A DNA stretch of 64,000 nt from Candidatus Bathyarchaeota archaeon (GCA_963806535.1 CAWDYC010000003.1:192001-256000), one strand, 5' to 3'; positions 41,429 to 53,160 are shown, counted from the first letter of the stretch. The notes: generated from the sequence alone by a model not told the origin. Numbers and translations are program-made.

Positions 41429-42444
41429 CTTACTCTACTTGGCGATGCACCAAACCTTGGTCCATGCTCTTGCTTGATTTTCTGGTCAGCGCTGTCTCTA
41501 ACTTCGTGACCAGTTATGTGCAAGAACACGTCTTCAAGGCTGGGTTGCAGGTTCGCCATCGATGTGATCTTTCCACTTGTCTTTCTGATAGAATCAATAA
41601 TAGAGTCGAAAGCTTCTTCGCCGTGAACTATAACATGCAGGGTTGTGGAGTTTTCCTGAGTTACCGCATCCGCGCAGTTGAGCGCTTTCACGGTGGCTAC
41701 CATGCTGGGTGTTAGGTTTGCTACTTCAAGTTTGATTATCATGGTGTCTCCGCCTGAAATTATCTTTTTAAGGTTAGTCGAAGTATCGAGCGCTATGATT
41801 TTTCCATGGTCAACAATTGCAATGCGATCGCAGAGCAAGTCAGCGTCAAGCATCATGTGTGTAGTTATGATTACAGTGGTTCCGTTTTCTTGGTTGAGTT
41901 TTCTTACGAACTCTCTGATTTCCACTGATGATTGTGGGTCTAAACCTAGCGTGGGCTCATCAAGAAATAGTACTTGAGGCATGTTAAGCAAGGCTCGAAC
42001 CACGTTCATTCTTTGGCGCATACCAGTGGAGAATGTGCCAACTTGAGCGTTTTTGAATTTGGTTAGTTGTACTAGTTCTAATAAGTCGTCGATTCTTTTG
42101 TTAAGCGTGTCTTTTGGGATGTTGAAGAGGCTTCCGAAGAACCAGAGGTTTTCTTTTGCGGTTAAACGATTGTAAATGATCATTTTTTCTGAGACGATGC
42201 CAATTAGTTTGCGTACTTCTGTGTCGTTCTTTACTGTATCGAATCCGCCGATGAGGGCTGTTCCTTTGGTTGGTCTTGAGAGGGTGGAGAGCATGCGTAA
42301 GGTTGTGCTTTTGCCTGCTCCGTTTGGACCTAGTAAACCGAAAATTTCGCCTTTTTTAACATCGAATGAGATGTCATCTACTGCTGTAAACTTGCCAAAC
42401 ATTTTAGTAAGGTTCTGTACTTTGATTATGTTGTCAGTATCCAT
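41425..42444 (-). CDS. ABC transporter ATP-binding protein (DrrA-like)
   Basis: GPNGAGKST, FSTGMRQR, LDEPTLGLDP, SLEDVFL. Confidence 0.95.
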   Translation of the reverse strand: MDTDNIIKVQNLTKMFGKFTAVDDISFDVKKGEIFGLLGPNGAGKSTTLRMLSTLSRPTKGTALIGGFDTVKNDTEVRKLIGIVSEKMIIYNRLTAKENLWFFGSLFNIPKDTLNKRIDDLLELVQLTKFKNAQVGTFSTGMRQRMNVVRALLNMPQVLFLDEPTLGLDPQSSVEIREFVRKLNQENGTTVIITTHMMLDADLLCDRIAIVDHGKIIALDTSTNLKKIISGGDTMIIKLEVANLTPSMVATVKALNCADAVTQENSTTLHVIVHGEEAFDSIIDSIRKTSGKITSMANLQPSLEDVFLHITGHEVRDSADQKIKQEHGPRFGASPSRVR

Positions 42445-42534
42445 TTGTAGATCGACCACTTGAATATTATTCAGTGCAATATATAGCGGTAAAATATAAG
42501 TATTACCCAAATATACTATAGATTCGAAACACAA

Positions 42535-43098
42535 ATGGCATCAGAAAAGGAAGAAAAGACTACAGCAAACTGGATGAAGGAAGCCCAGAAAGGATACATA
42601 CGAATGGGAGTCCTCATTCTTCTCAACAAGAAGCCATCCCACGGCTACGAAATCATGAAAGAAATCAACAACCGAACAAAAGGCTTCTGGCAACCCACAC
42701 CAGGCGGCGTATACCCAATCCTAAGTAGCTTAGAAAAATCAGGCTACATTAAAGGACATTGGGAAACACAAAACAACCGCAGGCTCAAAGTTTACAAAAT
42801 TACTAAATCCGGAGAGCTTATTCTTAGGCGAGCCATTTTGAAGCAATCGGAAATTTTCAACAACATCGGTAGTTTGTTCCGTGAATTTTCCAGAGATGTT
42901 CTTAACATTGAGCCGACAGATGCATCTATGCCACTTATGCCTTCGCCTTTTACGCCCTTCCTTGAAGAACAACCAAATACCCTCCAAAATCTTGAACTTC
43001 AGCGAAAGCACACATATGAAACGTTCAAAATGATGCAGGAAAAACTTAAACAGATTGATGGGCGAATTAGAGAACTTAAGAAAGCCAGCAACCCCTGA
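42535..43098 (+). CDS. PadR-family transcriptional regulator
   Basis: HGYEIMKEI, PGGVYPIL, KVYKITKSG; divergent from the ABC pair. Confidence 0.93.
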   Translation: MASEKEEKTTANWMKEAQKGYIRMGVLILLNKKPSHGYEIMKEINNRTKGFWQPTPGGVYPILSSLEKSGYIKGHWETQNNRRLKVYKITKSGELILRRAILKQSEIFNNIGSLFREFSRDVLNIEPTDASMPLMPSPFTPFLEEQPNTLQNLELQRKHTYETFKMMQEKLKQIDGRIRELKKASNP

Positions 43099-43178
43099 TT
43101 CTCAAAAACCATAACCCACTCAATCAGTCTAAAGAATTAAATGCCTGACATATATTTCTAAATAAGAAGTGAAGTCTA

Positions 43179-43503
43179 ATGTTCCGCGTTAGAGTAAGCA
43201 AAATTGAATCAAATCGTGATTTAGATGGCAATCTTGGAAAAAGAATTGAACTTATTGAAGAACGAGAGACTTAACCCCAATGTTCTAAGACCTCAATCGG
43301 ATGAAGCTAAAATGGCACAGGACATTATGCAAGCGCTCCAGCAGCAAATGCCTTTTCTGCCGCAGAGAACACAGCTTGCTACGCCAAAAATAATTCTCTT
43401 CTTGACTGAACAGGAATACGATAGTTTTGGCATTACTTTTGATGTAAACCAGGTTTACGAAGTTATGCTGGAAAATCAGGCTATCCGTTTTAGGAAAGTT
43501 TGA
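43179..43503 (+). CDS. Arcadin-1-like protein; frameshifted near 43270
   Basis: MFRVRVSKIESNRDLDGNLGKRIELIEER plus ...PKIILFLTEQEYDSFGITFDVNQVYEVMLENQAIRFRKV resembles Pyrobaculum arcadin-1 (recalled, not searched). Confidence 0.65.
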
Positions 43504-43828
43504 GAATTTCTTTTCTCATTTGCCGTAGCGCTGAATGCTTAGGATGGAAAGACAAAACAAACATCATGCTTCTCAACGCTGAACTTATCCCTTCCAAATC
43601 TGAAATTTTTCCTTCATCACAATAGAGCGGAATAGGGTCATCTCCGTCATTTTCTTCATAATAAACATAGATTGGCGAACCAGCCCTATCCAATTTTACT
43701 ACTTCAAAATCTAAATTTAATCGTTTAGCCGTTTCCTTAGCGGCGGTCCTAACGGAATCCAACCGTTTCCTAAACGGAACACCTGTTGACGTATAAACCA
43801 TCAATTTTCCACAATTCCCTTTGAACAT
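43490..43828 (-). CDS. Hypothetical protein
   Basis: 112-aa ORF with GGTGA RBS. Confidence 0.7.
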   Translation of the reverse strand: MFKGNCGKLMVYTSTGVPFRKRLDSVRTAAKETAKRLNLDFEVVKLDRAGSPIYVYYEENDGDDPIPLYCDEGKISDLEGISSALRSMMFVLSFHPKHSALRQMRKEILKLS

Positions 43829-44011
43829 GGCATATCACCAAACAACCATTGTTTAAAATCCCTTTTAATACAAATCATGAAACGACATCTTGAAGCAGTG
43901 GAGAGGTGACTGAAAGTGAAGGTTAGCACTAGCGGTTGTTGTTGTGTACGGGCAACCACAACGGCTTAAATTCAAAACAAAAGTCCTTTTTCTTTATGTG
44001 AGGTGAAAAAA

Positions 44012-44439
44012 ATGGTTATTGGCGAGAAACTATGGGAAGGCAAAGGCAAAAGTGGAGCAGGATTCATAAAATCAGTTGGATATGGAAGGCGTTACTCAAG
44101 TCTATACATGGACAGCTCAAATGAAAGGTGTCGGAAAAGCTAAAGGCGTAGATTGCAACCTAAACGTGACAGGAATGAGCATGACTCCTCCTAAAGGCAT
44201 TGCTTGGTCAAAAGACCAAGGAATGCTCATGACTATGACTGGTGATATGGGCATAGTGAAAGGAGTTAGCTTGATGAAGATGACGATGGGCAAAGAACCC
44301 AACAAGCGTAGGCTTATGGACGTTCATGACAATGTCAGAAAAACTTGGTTGGCTCAACGACACAATTGCAGTTGTCACTTTTGAAGCGACCGACCCAATG
44401 TGGACAGAACTTAACATAGCAATCTGGGAATGGAAGTAA
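44012..44439 (+). CDS. Hypothetical beta-rich protein; frameshifted
   Basis: GAGGTGA RBS; MVIGEKLWEGKGKS continues into ORF 44076-44384 and ends ...KLGWLND...IAIWEWK*. Confidence 0.6.
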
Positions 44440-44456
44440 ACTTTAGAGCTGGTTTT

Positions 44457-44918
44457 ATGCAAGAACAAGAACATCATTGGCAAGCGCCTGAATGGTGGTA
44501 CAAAAAACGCCCATCAACTGACGAAGCTTACTTTGAAAACATGTGCCGAGTAATTTTTCAAGCAGGCTTAAACTGGCATGTAATCGACAACAAATGGCCA
44601 TCAATCAAAAAGGCTTTTTCAAATTTTGATATCGGAAAAGTAGCATGCTTCACTGATTTCGACGTTGAAAGACTCATGAAAGACTCTGGAATCGTCAGGA
44701 ATAAGGGCAAAATTAAAGCCATTATCCAAAACGCTCAGAACTTCAAAGCTATAGAAAAACAGTATGGTTCATTCCAAAAATACCTCGATAGCCTCGATAA
44801 ATCAAACAACTATGAAAACGCAACTAAAGATTTAGTCAACAAGTTCAAGTGGCTAGGTCCGCCATCAGCAAGCCTTTTCTTGTACACTGTTGGAGAAAAA
44901 ATCAGTGTCTGGGACTAA
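44457..44918 (+). CDS. DNA-3-methyladenine glycosylase I (Tag) family protein
   Basis: FQAGLNW, AFSNFD, GIVRNKGKIKA, FKWLGP. Confidence 0.85.
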   Translation: MQEQEHHWQAPEWWYKKRPSTDEAYFENMCRVIFQAGLNWHVIDNKWPSIKKAFSNFDIGKVACFTDFDVERLMKDSGIVRNKGKIKAIIQNAQNFKAIEKQYGSFQKYLDSLDKSNNYENATKDLVNKFKWLGPPSASLFLYTVGEKISVWD

Positions 44919-44989
44919 CAAAATTTTTTCCTTTTTTTATTAAAACTATCTTTTTAAATTTGAACCCATTAATTTTAACTTGAAAATAA

Positions 44990-45265
44990 ATGGCTAAAGC
45001 TCGAGTTCACATATTTGTAAGTGGCAGAGTTCAAGGTGTTTTCTTTAGGCAAAAAACTAAACAGCAAGCTGAAAGATTGAGTGTGACGGGATGGGTTCGC
45101 AATTTACCTGATGGCAGGGTTGAAGCAGTCTTTGAAGGCGACGAAAAAGCCGTTAAAACACTCGAAGAGTGGTGTCATCATGGCCCTTCTTCTGCCATAG
45201 TAACAAATGTTGATCCTAAATGGGAACCTTATCGGGGAGAATTTATCGGCTTTGAGGCTTACTAG
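44990..45265 (+). CDS. acyP: Acylphosphatase
   Basis: VSGRVQGVFFR, GWVRNLPDGRVE. Confidence 0.95.
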   Translation: MAKARVHIFVSGRVQGVFFRQKTKQQAERLSVTGWVRNLPDGRVEAVFEGDEKAVKTLEEWCHHGPSSAIVTNVDPKWEPYRGEFIGFEAY

Positions 45266-45660
45266 GCTTTTTTCTTTGGCACTCTAAAATGAGAATCTTT
45301 TCCAGCGCTAATGTATTCTCCGCCCATACCTCGCACGGCTGAGGCAATTTTTGCAAAGTTTTCTGATCCCAAAAACTGCTTCGGCTTGATTATTATGTAG
45401 TCGCCTTTCTCTTCAAAGCCTAACCGGGTTTCCAACTCTTCGGGAAAAGACATGCGAATATCATCTAGCGACCTCAGTTTTGAACCAGCCTCGGTAGGTG
45501 CTGGTGCTTGAGCAGGTGGCGGCTGAGTAATTTGACCTACTGCAAGGGATTTGAGTGATGCTGAAACGGACCGGAGTTCTTCCGAGGTTTTGCTTAAATC
45601 CGCAACAAGCTTGTCTACCTTTGTCATTAATTCATTGAGTTTTTGTTTGTCAGTGCTCAT
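45262..45660 (-). CDS. Hypothetical protein (coiled coil, linker, small C-terminal domain)
   Basis: FLGSENFAKIASAVRGMGGEYISAGKDSHFRVP domain. Confidence 0.75.
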   Translation of the reverse strand: MSTDKQKLNELMTKVDKLVADLSKTSEELRSVSASLKSLAVGQITQPPPAQAPAPTEAGSKLRSLDDIRMSFPEELETRLGFEEKGDYIIIKPKQFLGSENFAKIASAVRGMGGEYISAGKDSHFRVPKKKA

Positions 45661-45740
45661 CCAAACGCTCCCTCAAACTCCTAAATAAACCAAGACGCTT
45701 ATTAATTATTTGCATAGCTAAATGTGGAAGAAAAAAGGGC

Positions 45741-46779
45741 ATGATTGAAATTGACGGGAGCGAAAAAAGCGGAAGTGGCACAATTCTTCGCCTCTCCGTT
45801 GCCTTAGCTAGCCATCACAAAACAGCCGCTGCATATTTGTAATATCAGACAGAATCGACCGCAGCCGGGCCTAAAGCATCAGCATTTGGAAGCCGTGTTG
45901 ACTGCGGCTAAACTGTCCAAAGCTAAAGTTCAAGGAGCAACGTTAGGGTCAAGAGAGCTTTGGTTTGAACCCCGGCACATCAGTGGCGGCAATATTGAAG
46001 CTCTCATTGAAACCGCGGGAAGCATCCCAATGCTGCTATTGGCAACTTTGCCTATTTGCTTATTCGCCGATAATCCAGTTCGTTTACATGTAGCTAAAGG
46101 TGGAACAGACACGACTCATGCACCAACAATAAACTATATGCGGTATGTATTTTTGCCGGCTCTCAGGCAGATGGGAGTCGATGCTGAGATAACTGTTCAA
46201 AAATACGGTTATTACCCAAAAGGCATGGGCGAAGCAACAATGACTGTCAAACCTAACCGAAACTTAAGACCTATTCAGCTGTCGGATTTTGGTAAAGTCA
46301 AACGCATAAGTGGTGTTTCAGTCTGCACTTTCTTAGCTGACAAGCAGGTGGCAGAGAGGCAAGCAATAGCAGCACGGGAGTGCCTTTCTCAAAGCGGCTA
46401 TAACATTATTGTCGAGGTCATAAACGACCAGTCAAACACTTTCCAAAAAGGAAGCTCAATTGTTTTGTACGCTGAAACAGACACAGGTGTAATCATAGGT
46501 GCGGATGCAATAGGTGAACTTCGCAAAATGAGTGAAGCCGTCGGAAAAGAAGCCGCTCAAAAACTCTTAGCCGAATTATCCGTTAAACCCTCAGTTGACG
46601 TTTACTTGGCAGATATGCTTATTCCTTATATGGCTCTTGCACAGGGCAAATCAACATTTTTGGTTAGAACGATTTCTGAGCATATTGAATCTAACATTTG
46701 GCTTATGGAAAAAATGTTAAACATTAAATTTACCATTGAAAAAGTAAACAACATCTATAAAATAACGAGAAACAGCTGA
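45741..46779 (+). CDS. rtcA: RNA 3'-terminal phosphate cyclase; frameshifted near 45810
   Basis: MIEIDGSEKSGSGTILR, NIRQNRPQPGLKHQHL, GGTD, GYYPKG, LADMLIPY, SEH. Confidence 0.92.
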
Positions 46780-46783
46780 TTAC

Positions 46784-47862
46784 ATGTCTAAAACAAGCAT
46801 ATGTATAAAAACACCAAAGAAACAGGGACAGAAAATCATTTCCTTAGCTAAGCAAACTTGAGCTTGTAGATAAATCATTGGAAATTGAGCGAGAGCAAGA
46901 CAATCTCTGCATTCCCATAGTTAGGGAACCGCAAGAAGACGAGCTATCAACTCTCAAAGGAGAAGTGCCGGAAATTCAGTTGTCAACAGCTGTTTTCATT
47001 GAAAAAGAGCTACCAAAAGAAAATCTCAAGCAAGTTCTCGAAAACAAACTGCCGCCAAATTTGCTTGCAATGTTACCTCAAGCATTAGACGTAATTGGGG
47101 ACATAGCCATAATTGATATCCCAACAGAACTAAAACCACATGAAAACATTCATCGGCGAAGCAATTCTGCAAACGCACAGAAACATCAAAACAGTGCTCG
47201 CCAAAGCAGGCGCAATAAGCGGAACCTACAGAGTCCGCGAATACGATTTTATTGCTGGAGAACAAAAAACCCAAACAATCCACAAGGAATTCGGCTGCCA
47301 ATACCATGTTGACTTGGCTAAAGCCTATTTTTCGCCAAGACTCTCTCATGAACATGAACGAGTGGCTTCTCTTGTTCAGACAAAGCGAAACTGTTGTAGA
47401 TTTATTTGCTGGAGTTGGACCATTTTCAATACTTATTGCTAAAAAAGAATCCAACTGCGAAAGTTTATGCTGTTGATCTTAATCCTGAAGCTGTTGAATT
47501 GCTCAAGGTTAACGTAAGAGTTAACAGAGTTGAAAACCGAGTCTTCACCGATTTTGGGAGATGCAAGACAAATTACTTCATCGAAATTGCAATGGAGTGG
47601 CTGATCGAGTCATAATGAATCTGCCTGAAACAGCCATCGAGTTTGTTGATGCCGCTTGCCAAGCAATTAAACCAGAAGGTGGAATAATTCATTTTTACGC
47701 TTTCGTTCGTTCGCCTGATTCAATTGAAAACCTGAAACTCCGTTTCAGCCAAGCCGTAGAGTCAGCGAGCAGGAAGAGTTGAAGCGTTTTCTTTATGCAA
47801 AAAGCATTCGCGAAACTGCGCCATTCGAGTCGCAGATTGCTTTAGACGCCAAAATTGTTTAA
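46784..47862 (+). CDS. trm5: tRNA m1G37 methyltransferase Trm5 family; several frameshifts
   Basis: DVIGDIAI, G.YRVRE, AYFSPRLSHE, VVDLFAGVGPF, DLNPEA, ADRVIMNLP across fragment ORFs. Confidence 0.88.
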
Positions 47863-48295
47863 CTTTGAACGATCAAGGTGATGCTGATTTTTTGTTTTGG
47901 ATTTTTTAGTTTCTCGATTAACTCTCGTGATAAATCGTTTGATGATTTATCTGCGTCGATTGCCAATGTTCGGTCAGATATGTAGTTGCTTTTTCTAATT
48001 ACTATATCCGAGTTGGATGAGTTAAAATCAGCTTAGGCGAGCCTGAGGCGTTAATTTTTTCAATTAAGTCTCCAGCCTCGATAATTATGCGTTAGTTTAG
48101 CGTTTGGCTTTCTGAGAGTGTCTTTGAATGTTTGAGTTAAATCCGCTAATGCCTTATCTGCCGCTACCGCAACTATGCAATCGCCAGTGTTTGACAAGAT
48201 GCTTTTCTTTCGTAAACATTAAGGTTGTTGGGTGAATGGCTTGAATATTTTCATGCCCAAACGCCACGATGATTTCTTCTGCTTGTCTGACTCAA
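47859..48295 (-). CDS. DUF371 family protein; several frameshifts
   Basis: Manual reading AFGHENIQAIHPTTLMFTKE ... GDCIVAVAADK ... IRKSNYISDRTLAIDADK. Confidence 0.75.
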
Positions 48296-49276
48296 TTACT
48301 CGTTAACCTCAATGGAATCCACTTTGCCATCCCCATCCAAATCAAATCCCTGAATAACAACTGCGAAAGTGTCATCTTCTTTGTATTTTTGAAGGGTTTT
48401 CTTCCAAAAATTAGTCAAAGCTAAAACACAAGCTTTTGTTCCCACGGCTTTGTTTCCAGCCAAAACCACGATACGCTTTGTTTTGTCCCATGGATTAACA
48501 ATTTTAGCAACTAACCCTGAAACATCAGAAGTGTAAACTTGCATAGTCTTTTTTGAGGATAAACCACCTAGCAAAAATCCTTGATCAGAAGATTGCATAA
48601 TGAATTTGATGGGCAAATACTCGTTTATTTCCTGCGTAAGAAGATTTGTGCCTGGTCCGCCGACAAGAATTAAATTGTTTTTTTCTTCTTTCTCAACTTT
48701 CACATCAACGTCAAGTTTCACGGCAAATTCGATTGGCATTTTAGCTAACTGCCCCAAAAAAAGTGCCAAATGTGCTGCATAGTGGCCGTCTCTGGCACTG
48801 GTTTTAAATGGACCATGCGGTTGAGGGCTGCCTACGACTATTTTTCCGTCAAAAACGCCATCTTTGATGAATTCTTTGAAGAAAGCTTGAAGTTGACTGT
48901 CTATGCTTAGTGTGCAGAGGTTTTGGATTGGTTTGTAGCCTGATGGGAATTCGATTCCGAAGGCTGGAGAGACTGTTTTGTAGTATTTTGCTGTTGCGCC
49001 TTTTTTCTTTTCTTCGCGAACAACTGTTATTGCTCCTGATTTGGCGAGTTTTCTTATGTGGTAGTAGATTTTTTGCTCATGCATGCCTAGTTGTCTTGCA
49101 ATTTCTAGTGGGTACATTTCTTTTTTGGATAGTAATGTAATGATTCTCCAGCTTAGGCCACCTAATATCATTTTTAGTTTTTGTGAATCATCCATTATGC
49201 TGATTTCTTTTACTTCTTGGATGTTGCCGTTGTCTTGGAGAAGCAGTTTTTTGTCCATGACTATCGGATGAAACAA
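48296..49276 (-). CDS. ArsR-type HTH regulator with C-terminal alpha/beta domain
   Basis: MYPLEIARQLGMHEQKIYYHIRKL; NNLILVGGPGTN; IVVLAG. Confidence 0.8.
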   Translation of the reverse strand: MFHPIVMDKKLLLQDNGNIQEVKEISIMDDSQKLKMILGGLSWRIITLLSKKEMYPLEIARQLGMHEQKIYYHIRKLAKSGAITVVREEKKKGATAKYYKTVSPAFGIEFPSGYKPIQNLCTLSIDSQLQAFFKEFIKDGVFDGKIVVGSPQPHGPFKTSARDGHYAAHLALFLGQLAKMPIEFAVKLDVDVKVEKEEKNNLILVGGPGTNLLTQEINEYLPIKFIMQSSDQGFLLGGLSSKKTMQVYTSDVSGLVAKIVNPWDKTKRIVVLAGNKAVGTKACVLALTNFWKKTLQKYKEDDTFAVVIQGFDLDGDGKVDSIEVNE

Positions 49277-49477
49277 TACTTGAATGTACTATAAAAAATT
49301 TATTTATAATGGTTCAAAACTTTTGAGGAAACCCAGCTAAAAATTTTGCATTTCCATATAAAGAATCGATAAACTGCTATAAGAAAATTTTTAGTAGTCA
49401 AAGGTTTATCCTAAAAATCCTTATTAGCAAATCGCTGGTTCCATAGGCTAAACAAAATAGAAAAGCGAGACTTCAAA

Positions 49478-51308
49478 ATGTGCGGAATATTCGGTTGTGT
49501 TTTGAAAGAAGGAAATGCTGCACCGTTAATACATTCATCACTGAAACGGCTTGAATACCGTGGCTATGATTCAGTGGGCATAGCAACAATCTCTGACGGA
49601 AAAATTTATCTAAAGAAAGATTCGGGAAAAATTGATGAGGTCCATAAAATTGTAAACCTCGACGACATGCCAGGCAGCATTGGTATTGGTCATACCCGTT
49701 GGGCAACTCATGGTGCACCTTTGAAAGTGAACTCTCACCCCCACTCCGACTGCTCAGGAGAAATAGTCGTTGTCCATAACGGAATCATCGAAAACTTCAT
49801 GGAACTCAAAAGTGAACTACAAAATCTTGATCACACATTTGTTTCCAAAACAGACACCGAAGTAATCCCACATCTTATCGAGCAAATACTCAAAGAGAAT
49901 CCCAAGTTCTCATTAGTCGAAGCAGTTGAAGCAGCCCTCAAACGTCTAGAAGGTTCATACGCCCTTGCTATAATCTCTACAAGAGAGCCAGACAAAATTA
50001 TCTGCGCAAGAAACGAGAGCCCACTGGTTTTAGGCATCAACGGTAAAGGCGTTTTTTGCGCGTCAGATATTCCAGCATTCTTGCCAGTTACAAACAAAGC
50101 TGTCATGATGAATAATGGTGAACTGGTTATTCTGACAGCCCAAGGCTATGATATTAGAAAAATACAAGATTTCAGCCACGTCGACACGAGAACCAATAAC
50201 TATTGAGTGGACAGCTGAAATGGCAGTTAAACAAGGGTATCCACACTTCATGATTAAAGAGATCCACGAGCAGCCTGAAACCCTTCGCAACACTCTTCGA
50301 ATGCAGGAACATTACTTGGAATTAATGTCAACATTTTTAGATCGAGCAAACGAGGTTTTTCTTGTCGCTTGTGGAACAAGCTACCATGCATGTTTAGCAG
50401 CTTCATACATGTTTTCCAAACTTGCATTTCTACCAACATACCCAGTTTATGCTTCCGAATTCATAGAACAACATGGCAAATCAGTAAGCATTGACAGCAC
50501 CATTTTAGCAGTTAGTCAATCAGGAGAAACAGCAGACACCATTGCAGCCGTTACCTGCGCCCAACAACGTGCAGCCACAATCTTAAGCTTAACTAACGTT
50601 ATTGGCTCCAGCTTGACCCGGATTTCCCGTGTCTATATTGGCACACAGGCTGGTCCAGAGATTGGAGTTGCAGCTACGAAAACTTTTACATCTCAGCTTT
50701 CCGTATTGGCGCAACTTGCTCTTCGATTGGCAAAGAAAAGAGGCAAAGTTTCGCAGGATGAAATAGACAGCTTGGAAGCAAATTTGGAAAAATTACCTGA
50801 AATAGCTGATACCATAGTTAAGACACAAGAAGAAAAAGTTAAGAAAATTGCCAAGAAATACAGGAATTCGAAGGTGTTCTTTTTCTTAGGCAGAGGAATC
50901 AGCACTGCCACTGCTTATGAAGGCAGACTCAAACTGATGGAAATTGCTTACATTCCATCGATAGCGTTCCCAGCTGGCGAAAGCAAACATGGACCAATCA
51001 GCCTTATTGAAAACGGTTTTCCAGTCGTTTTCGTCTGTCCAAAAGATGATTGTCACAAGACACTGGTTGGCAACATTATGGAAATGAAAGCCAGAGGCGC
51101 CAACATAATCGCTATCGTTGAAGAAGGAGATGAAGATATCAAATCGTTGGCTGATGAGTACGTTGAGGTCCCCAAAGGAATTCCGGGTGTGCTTTCACCA
51201 ATTCCTTTTGCAGTACCTCTGCAGCTTTTGGCATATTATGTTGCGCTAGAGAAAGGATACAATCCAGATATGCCAAGGAACTTGGCAAAGTGTGTTACTG
51301 TAAAGTGA
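49478..51308 (+). CDS. glmS: Glutamine--fructose-6-phosphate transaminase; frameshifted near 50185
   Basis: MCGIFG, LEYRGYDS, HTRWATHG, SQSGETAD, GVAATKTF, KHGP, PRNLAKCVTVK. Confidence 0.95.
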
Positions 51309-51982
51309 CAATACTCAAAATATTGTTATCTTAATGGAAGGGATAGAAGAACCACATCTAAAAGAGCTATAGTAATTCAATCTTTGACGAGTCACTCTTT
51401 CTCTTCTTTGATTTGTCTTATTTCGATCTTACCATTATTATTGTAAACTACAAAGCATGGTTCACTAAATCCCAAATATTTCTTTGTCTTAACAATTATT
51501 GCTTCACCACAGTTAATTGTATTTGGGACAAATTCTAAAATTTCCCTACTTTTTTCCTACTTAATAGGAATTGGAATTTCAACAACAGGTAAAAGCAACT
51601 TTTCATTTTCTTTCTTTTTAGTCATGCTTTTACTTCTTTTCTTCGACTGCGATTACTCCGAAAATTTTAATCGTTTTTCCTTCTTTGCATACTGCAACTT
51701 TTTCTGTCCAGCACTGCCAGCATTGGTGGTTTCACCAACTATGCAAGAACCTAAAGTCATGTTGTTTAGTATATCTATGTCCAGCTTACGGTGCAACAAT
51801 TATGTGTGCAGGTTTATTTCATTCTTTTTTTACATAAAAAACATTACTCGGTGCCTCATCTTCTGGCATAATTATCAACAGAGTCTATTTGCTTCTTTCA
51901 GTGATAAATAATTTTCCACCTTAGCAATCGTTGTTTTTTGTTATTCTTACGTGATGTAGACGATGAGCCATCTTTAGCGTTC

Positions 51983-52466
51983 TCAGTACTTTAACCAACT
52001 CTCTTTCAATAATGTGTCAATCGCTGTCTTAGTTTCTTCCATTCTTGTTTTACGCGCTTTAGATAAAATATTCCAATTATTAGCAGCATCATTACTTCCA
52101 GTTTGGTTGTAACCCTCTTTTGCGTCTCTAACTCTTATTGCTTCATAATCAGTTCCTTTGACTTTGTGATAGACAATAGTTAGCTTATATAATTGTTCAG
52201 AATTCAAGAGTTTAAGTTGTCCACTCACAACAGCTGAATCCCAAATATCAGGATAAAGCCTGTAAACATCTCCAGCTAGTACTCTTTTTTAATTCATTTA
52301 ATTCACATGATAAATTCTTTAATAATTCTTTTTTTGCTTTTTTTTCTTTTCTCCAATCAATTGCTCTGTCAAGCATGAAAGCTAAAAAAACTCCTGAAAA
52401 TGTTACTATCAGCTCAAGGGCTAAAGTTACTTGATTGATACTTTCAGACATATTATTAGATTTCAC
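51983..52466 (-). CDS. Hypothetical N-terminal TM protein; frameshifted near 52285
   Basis: ORFs 52248-52466 and 51983-52228 join through VLAGDVYRLYPDIWDSAV across an A-run. Confidence 0.6.
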
Positions 52467-52593
52467 TTTAGCTCAATATTTTGATGCTATTTAGTTTTAA
52501 GTATTTTCACTAGTCAAAATAAGTTAAGAAAAAACAATTCGATGAGAAACGGTGAAAAGCCGCTTCTCTGGACTTACCAAAAATTCGTTAGAG

Positions 52594-53160
52594 CTACAAA
52601 CTAGGGATTATTATGGAATAGCCCCAAATTACAATCATTGTTAAGTATGCAATAGCAAAGACGATTCCATGCTCAAGAAAAGAACTAATTAGCAGTGCTT
52701 TAGTTGGTCGTCTCATTTGGAAAATATCATCTTTTCGGTATTGCCATACTGCGAAAAAAGTTAAAACGTATGCTGGAATAGCTCCAATATAGCCAAGTGC
52801 ATTTGGCACGGTTTTGTAGCTAATTGCAAAATAAAAAATAAATTCAAAAATGAAAAGACCGCCAAAAAGACACCAACAAAATTCTTTCAAATATCTTCTT
52901 TTGAGTGAGTATAACTTCAGCTCTATTAATCTTCGAGATGTAATGGTTATTTTTGGAACTATTAAGATAATAATCCAACTGACTACCAAGATAAATATAG
53001 GTACAGTGGTCGAACGGAATATCATGTTAACTATTATTTTATTGGAATCAATTTGTTGTGCGATTTGCTGCGCAGTAAGAGTTCCACTAGGGGAAGTGCA
53101 AAAAAATAGGCTGCATACGAGAGTTCTGAAGCCCCTACAACAGTAACCAGCAACAAACAT
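52594..53160 (-). CDS. Hypothetical multi-TM protein
   Basis: 188-aa hydrophobic ORF; the N-terminus may be frameshifted. Confidence 0.55.
   Translation of the reverse strand: MFVAGYCCRGFRTLVCSLFFCTSPSGTLTAQQIAQQIDSNKIIVNMIFRSTTVPIFILVVSWIIILIVPKITITSRRLIELKLYSLKRRYLKEFCWCLFGGLFIFEFIFYFAISYKTVPNALGYIGAIPAYVLTFFAVWQYRKDDIFQMRRPTKALLISSFLEHGIVFAIAYLTMIVIWGYSIIIPSL

Noticed and set aside
52544-52568. Hairpin containing AAACGGTGAAA, like the ncRNA loop
   Set aside because: Here CGG is paired in the stem and the rest of the domain architecture is missing; likely coincidence.
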